A DNA stretch of 63,968 nt, the filler included. It is 9 parts of 9 records of this genome, joined end to end, with 100 filler letters (N's around TTAATTAATTAA, not from the genome) between each part and the next. Parts side by side here need not be neighbours in the genome. Positions count along the whole stretch, not along the records: positions 58,912 to 63,968 come from SRR31156797_16755; 8 more parts are not named here. One strand, written 5' to 3'. The translations under genes and the position numbers were made by a program. Below the pieces are notes generated by a model. The model was not told the origin of the DNA. It was given only the letters and a program-made list of their open reading frames with translations, and did not search any database. Positions 60,848 to 63,968 of the stretch are shown piece after piece. Position 1 is the first letter of the stretch. Each line of letters starts with the position of its first letter.

Positions 60848-62911
60848 ATGTCCAGAGAGCGGGTGCTTTACCTATTCGTTTCTATATTAATAGCGCTTGC
60901 TTTTATCCTTCTAATATACAGAGCTTATGTCATACAGATCGTAAGACACGAAAAACTCCAGAAATACTCAACATACGACGAAGTTATTAAAGTTGTAAAA
61001 GGAAAAAGGGGAGCAATTTACGACAAAAACGGAGAGAAGCTTGCCTATAGTGAGGCAAAGATAGACATTGCTGTTGATCCAAAAGGTATTGTTCGCAAAG
61101 ATGACATGGCCGTTATCATTTCTGAGATAATGGGCTTGGATGTAAAAAGGATCTACAAGATCTTAAATAGAAAAGGTCGTTTCTATTACCTTAAAAAAGA
61201 TGCAAGTTTTGAAACGGTAAGAAGACTTAAAGCATATAAGAGTAAACTTAGGAAAGAAATTCGAGAATTAAAAAAAGATAGAGATATAAATAAGGACGAA
61301 ATAGCTAAACTGACTGATATTGTTAGAGGGTTTAATTTTGTGATCTTTTATGAGGGTTATAAAAGAGTCTATCCTCAGGGAATGTTGCTAGCTAATGTTC
61401 TTGGTTTCGTTCAGAGGAATGAAGACAAGGGATTAGAAGGAATTGAGATGAGCTATGACAAGTTCATGGTCGGAAAAGAACGTAAGATCAAGCGTCTTAC
61501 CATTCCAAGCACTGGTCAAAGCACTTTAGAGATAGAAAATGAAATAAAAGAAAACCCAAGTTCTGATGTTCATCTTACTATAGATGGGAGAATGCAGTTT
61601 ATTGCAGAAGAAGAATTAGCAGCAATGATGAACAAATCCAAAGCAAAATGGGGTGGAGTGGTAATTATGGACCCTTCATCAGGTAAAATTCTTGCAATGG
61701 CAAACAATCCGACATTTGATCCTTCAAAATATTATAAGTACTCGGCAAAAAATAGAAGAAACTTTGCGGTTGCTAACCTTTTCGAGCCTGGTTCAACTTT
61801 CAAAGTCTTTTCAATTTTAGGCGTTATTAATGAGAACCTTGTTAAACCCGGTGAGCTGATCTTTGGAGAGAATGGACGGTTTATGTTTGGAAGAAGATGG
61901 GTTAGAGATTCACATGAACACCAGTGGATGACTGTTAAGGATATCGTTGTAAACTCTAGTAATATTGGAACTATAAAGCTCGCAGATAGACTTAAAAGTA
62001 AGCAGCTTTACGAATATTTCACAAACTTTGGATTTGGTTTTAAAACAAAAATTAATTTACCTGGAGAAAGTTCAAGATCCGTTAGGCATTACAAAAAATG
62101 GTATCCAATTGACAAGGGGAACATCTCTTTTGGTCAGGGTATCTCTGTAAATATGGTTCAGTTAGTTAGAGCTTACGCTTCTATCTATAATGGAGGAATA
62201 CTCTGGCAGCCGACAATTGTTGATAAGATCGTAAACCCGGAAACTGGTAAGATCGTTTTTCAGACAGTGCCTGAGCCAAAAAGAGTTAAGTTTAACTACA
62301 ACTCTAATCGCAGAATGATAAAGATGCTCGAGGGTGTTGTTGAGGAAGGAACTGCAAAAAGTGCTAGACTGAAAGGAATTAAGGTTGGCGGAAAGACAGG
62401 AACTTCTCAGATGTTCGATTTCAAAAAGAAAAAATATTCATGGAATAGAGTTGTATGCTCGTTTGTCGGAGCGGTGCCTTCTAATGACCCTGAGTTCATA
62501 ATAATGGTCGTGATCGAAGAACCTGAAGGCAGAGAGTTCGGTGGAACAGTTGCTGCCCCCGTTTTTAGAAATATTGCAAAAAGAATACTTCCAATGAAAG
62601 GCGTTCTTGTTGAAGCTGAAAAAGATGATATTTCAGTTATTCCTGAAATGCATAAGGAAGATGTTACCGGCTCTGTTGTTGAGGTTAAAGAGGGTGGGGT
62701 TAAAAGCCCTCTTGATCATGTTAAAGTTCCTGATCTTGTTAAGATGAAGGTTCGTAAAGCAGTGCATTTAGCAAATAAATCCGGTTTGGATATAATGATA
62801 TCAGGAGAATCAAAAGGTAAGATATCAAGTCAATATCCGTTAGCTGGAGAACACGTTCCATTTGGAACTGTTGTAACAATTGAGATAGAAGAGACAGTTG
62901 ATGAAGAATAA
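60848..62911 (+). CDS. ftsI: Class B penicillin-binding protein FtsI with C-terminal PASTA domain
   Basis: RGAIYDKNG, EPGSTFK, SSN, GKTGT; VPDLVKM...SQYPLAG. Confidence 0.94.
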   Translation: MSRERVLYLFVSILIALAFILLIYRAYVIQIVRHEKLQKYSTYDEVIKVVKGKRGAIYDKNGEKLAYSEAKIDIAVDPKGIVRKDDMAVIISEIMGLDVKRIYKILNRKGRFYYLKKDASFETVRRLKAYKSKLRKEIRELKKDRDINKDEIAKLTDIVRGFNFVIFYEGYKRVYPQGMLLANVLGFVQRNEDKGLEGIEMSYDKFMVGKERKIKRLTIPSTGQSTLEIENEIKENPSSDVHLTIDGRMQFIAEEELAAMMNKSKAKWGGVVIMDPSSGKILAMANNPTFDPSKYYKYSAKNRRNFAVANLFEPGSTFKVFSILGVINENLVKPGELIFGENGRFMFGRRWVRDSHEHQWMTVKDIVVNSSNIGTIKLADRLKSKQLYEYFTNFGFGFKTKINLPGESSRSVRHYKKWYPIDKGNISFGQGISVNMVQLVRAYASIYNGGILWQPTIVDKIVNPETGKIVFQTVPEPKRVKFNYNSNRRMIKMLEGVVEEGTAKSARLKGIKVGGKTGTSQMFDFKKKKYSWNRVVCSFVGAVPSNDPEFIIMVVIEEPEGREFGGTVAAPVFRNIAKRILPMKGVLVEAEKDDISVIPEMHKEDVTGSVVEVKEGGVKSPLDHVKVPDLVKMKVRKAVHLANKSGLDIMISGESKGKISSQYPLAGEHVPFGTVVTIEIEETVDEE

Positions 62912-63968
62912 TGAGTTTATATCAAAGATCAAACCCTATATATTAAATAATAGAAACTCTCTAGAAGATGTTGAACTTATTGGGATAACAGCTGATTCCA
63001 GAGATGTTGTTCCAGGTATGGTCTTTTTCTGTGTGAAAGGTATTAATGTTGATGGACATGAATATATTGAGAAGGCTATAAATAGCGGTGCAAAAGTTGT
63101 AGTGGGAGAAAAGGACATTGAAAATGATCGATATATTAAAGTTTCATCCGTTAAAAAAGTTTTAGAATTCATTCTTCCACAGTTCTATAGTTTTCCTGAT
63201 AGATCTATGAAAATGATCGCAATAACAGGAACTAATGGAAAAACATCAGTTTCGATGATGCTTGAAGGCATGCTCAAAGATGATTTTGAATGCGGAGTTA
63301 CCGGTACTCTAGGTTACTGTTTTGGTGGAAAGATTATTAATGCGGCAAATACAACTCCGGTAAATTGGAAATGGTACAGTCTTTTAAATGAAATGCATAA
63401 AGTCGGTGTTGAGCTTCTTATCTCTGAGGTAAGCAGCCATGCTTTAAGTGAGAATAGAATAGAGAGCACTTGTTTCGATGTTGCTATATTTACGAATCTT
63501 TCTAGAGATCATCTTGATTTTCATAACGATATTGAAGATTATTACCTCGCAAAAAAGAAGCTCTTTGTTGATCATCTAAAAGAAAATGCGTTGGCAGTAA
63601 TAAACGTGGATGATCCTTTTGGAAAAAGACTTTATAAGGAAATATGCGGATCAGTTAAAGTGTGTCGAATAAGTGAAAATTGTAATGACGCTGAAATTAA
63701 ATTTAAAATACTAAAAAGTGATCATAATGGTTCAAGGGTTCATATTGAGAACCTTGATATTGAGATCTTTGTTCCGTTAGTGGGTAAGTTCAATGTTTAC
63801 AATATGTTATGCTCTCTTACAGCTTCATGGGAATTTGTTGATAAAAATAAAATAGCGAACAAGTTATTAAGCGATCTATCAATTCCAGGGAGACTTGAAA
63901 AGGTTAAAGGCTCAAACGTTTTTGTTGATTATGCACATACCCCTGATGCTCTTGAAAATGTGCTGATA
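62901..63968 (+). CDS. murE: UDP-MurNAc-tripeptide synthetase MurE (3'-truncated)
   Basis: Not in the ORF track. Manual translation gives ITADSRDV, ITGTNGKTS, NTTP, EVSSH, FTNLSRDHLDFH, PGRLE, VDYAHTPDAL. Confidence 0.95.
   Translation, partial: MKNNEFISKIKPYILNNRNSLEDVELIGITADSRDVVPGMVFFCVKGINVDGHEYIEKAINSGAKVVVGEKDIENDRYIKVSSVKKVLEFILPQFYSFPDRSMKMIAITGTNGKTSVSMMLEGMLKDDFECGVTGTLGYCFGGKIINAANTTPVNWKWYSLLNEMHKVGVELLISEVSSHALSENRIESTCFDVAIFTNLSRDHLDFHNDIEDYYLAKKKLFVDHLKENALAVINVDDPFGKRLYKEICGSVKVCRISENCNDAEIKFKILKSDHNGSRVHIENLDIEIFVPLVGKFNVYNMLCSLTASWEFVDKNKIANKLLSDLSIPGRLEKVKGSNVFVDYAHTPDALENVLI

Noticed and set aside
62936-63172. 78-aa minus-strand ORF
   Set aside because: Antisense to murE.

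Overview
This window is not one genomic locus. It is nine unrelated contigs joined by eight artificial 100-nt spacers (N-run + TTAATTAATTAA + N-run), so gene neighbourhoods mean nothing across a spacer. Taxonomic labels are inferences from protein style and base composition. (1) 1-7486, AT-rich, Arcobacter/Campylobacterota-like: LapB/LapC/LapE-type type I secretion system, an orphan OmpR regulator, the 3' end of a VCBS/cadherin adhesin, and a 107-aa stand-alone copy of the adhesin C-terminal domain. (2) 7587-14280, Desulfobacterales-like: hutU, hutI, cyclodeaminase, then TetR and a TRAP transporter. (3) 14381-22193, Fusobacteriota-like: non-discriminating AspRS behind an Asn T-box leader that has no UGGN T-box bulge, orphan solute-binding proteins, aquaporin, HD-GYP, queH and a cyclophilin. 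(4) 22294-27422: polyol-phosphate surface-glycan genes (two cytidylyltransferases, TagF-like, LicD) and a CssRS-like pair. (5) 27523-32624: nusB, MBL hydrolase, ispG, proS, rel. (6) 32725-40077, Desulfovibrionaceae-like: tRNA, secE, nusG, rplKAJL, rpoB. (7) 40178-49652, Desulfobacteraceae-like: PEP-CTERM locus with a frameshifted TIGR03790 gene, a large heparinase II/III-like lyase and a DUF1670-like remnant. (8) 49753-58811, deltaproteobacterial accessory region: MarR flanked by twin operators, two paralogous Cys-rich 4Fe-4S proteins, a Cys-tailed ECF sigma factor and an amino-acid ABC pair. (9) 58912-63968: mraZ, rsmH, ftsL, ftsI, murE. The best novelty candidates are the T-box leader with no T-box bulge and the stand-alone T1SS C-terminal-domain mini-protein. 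I saw no CRISPR array, rRNA or intact transposase.
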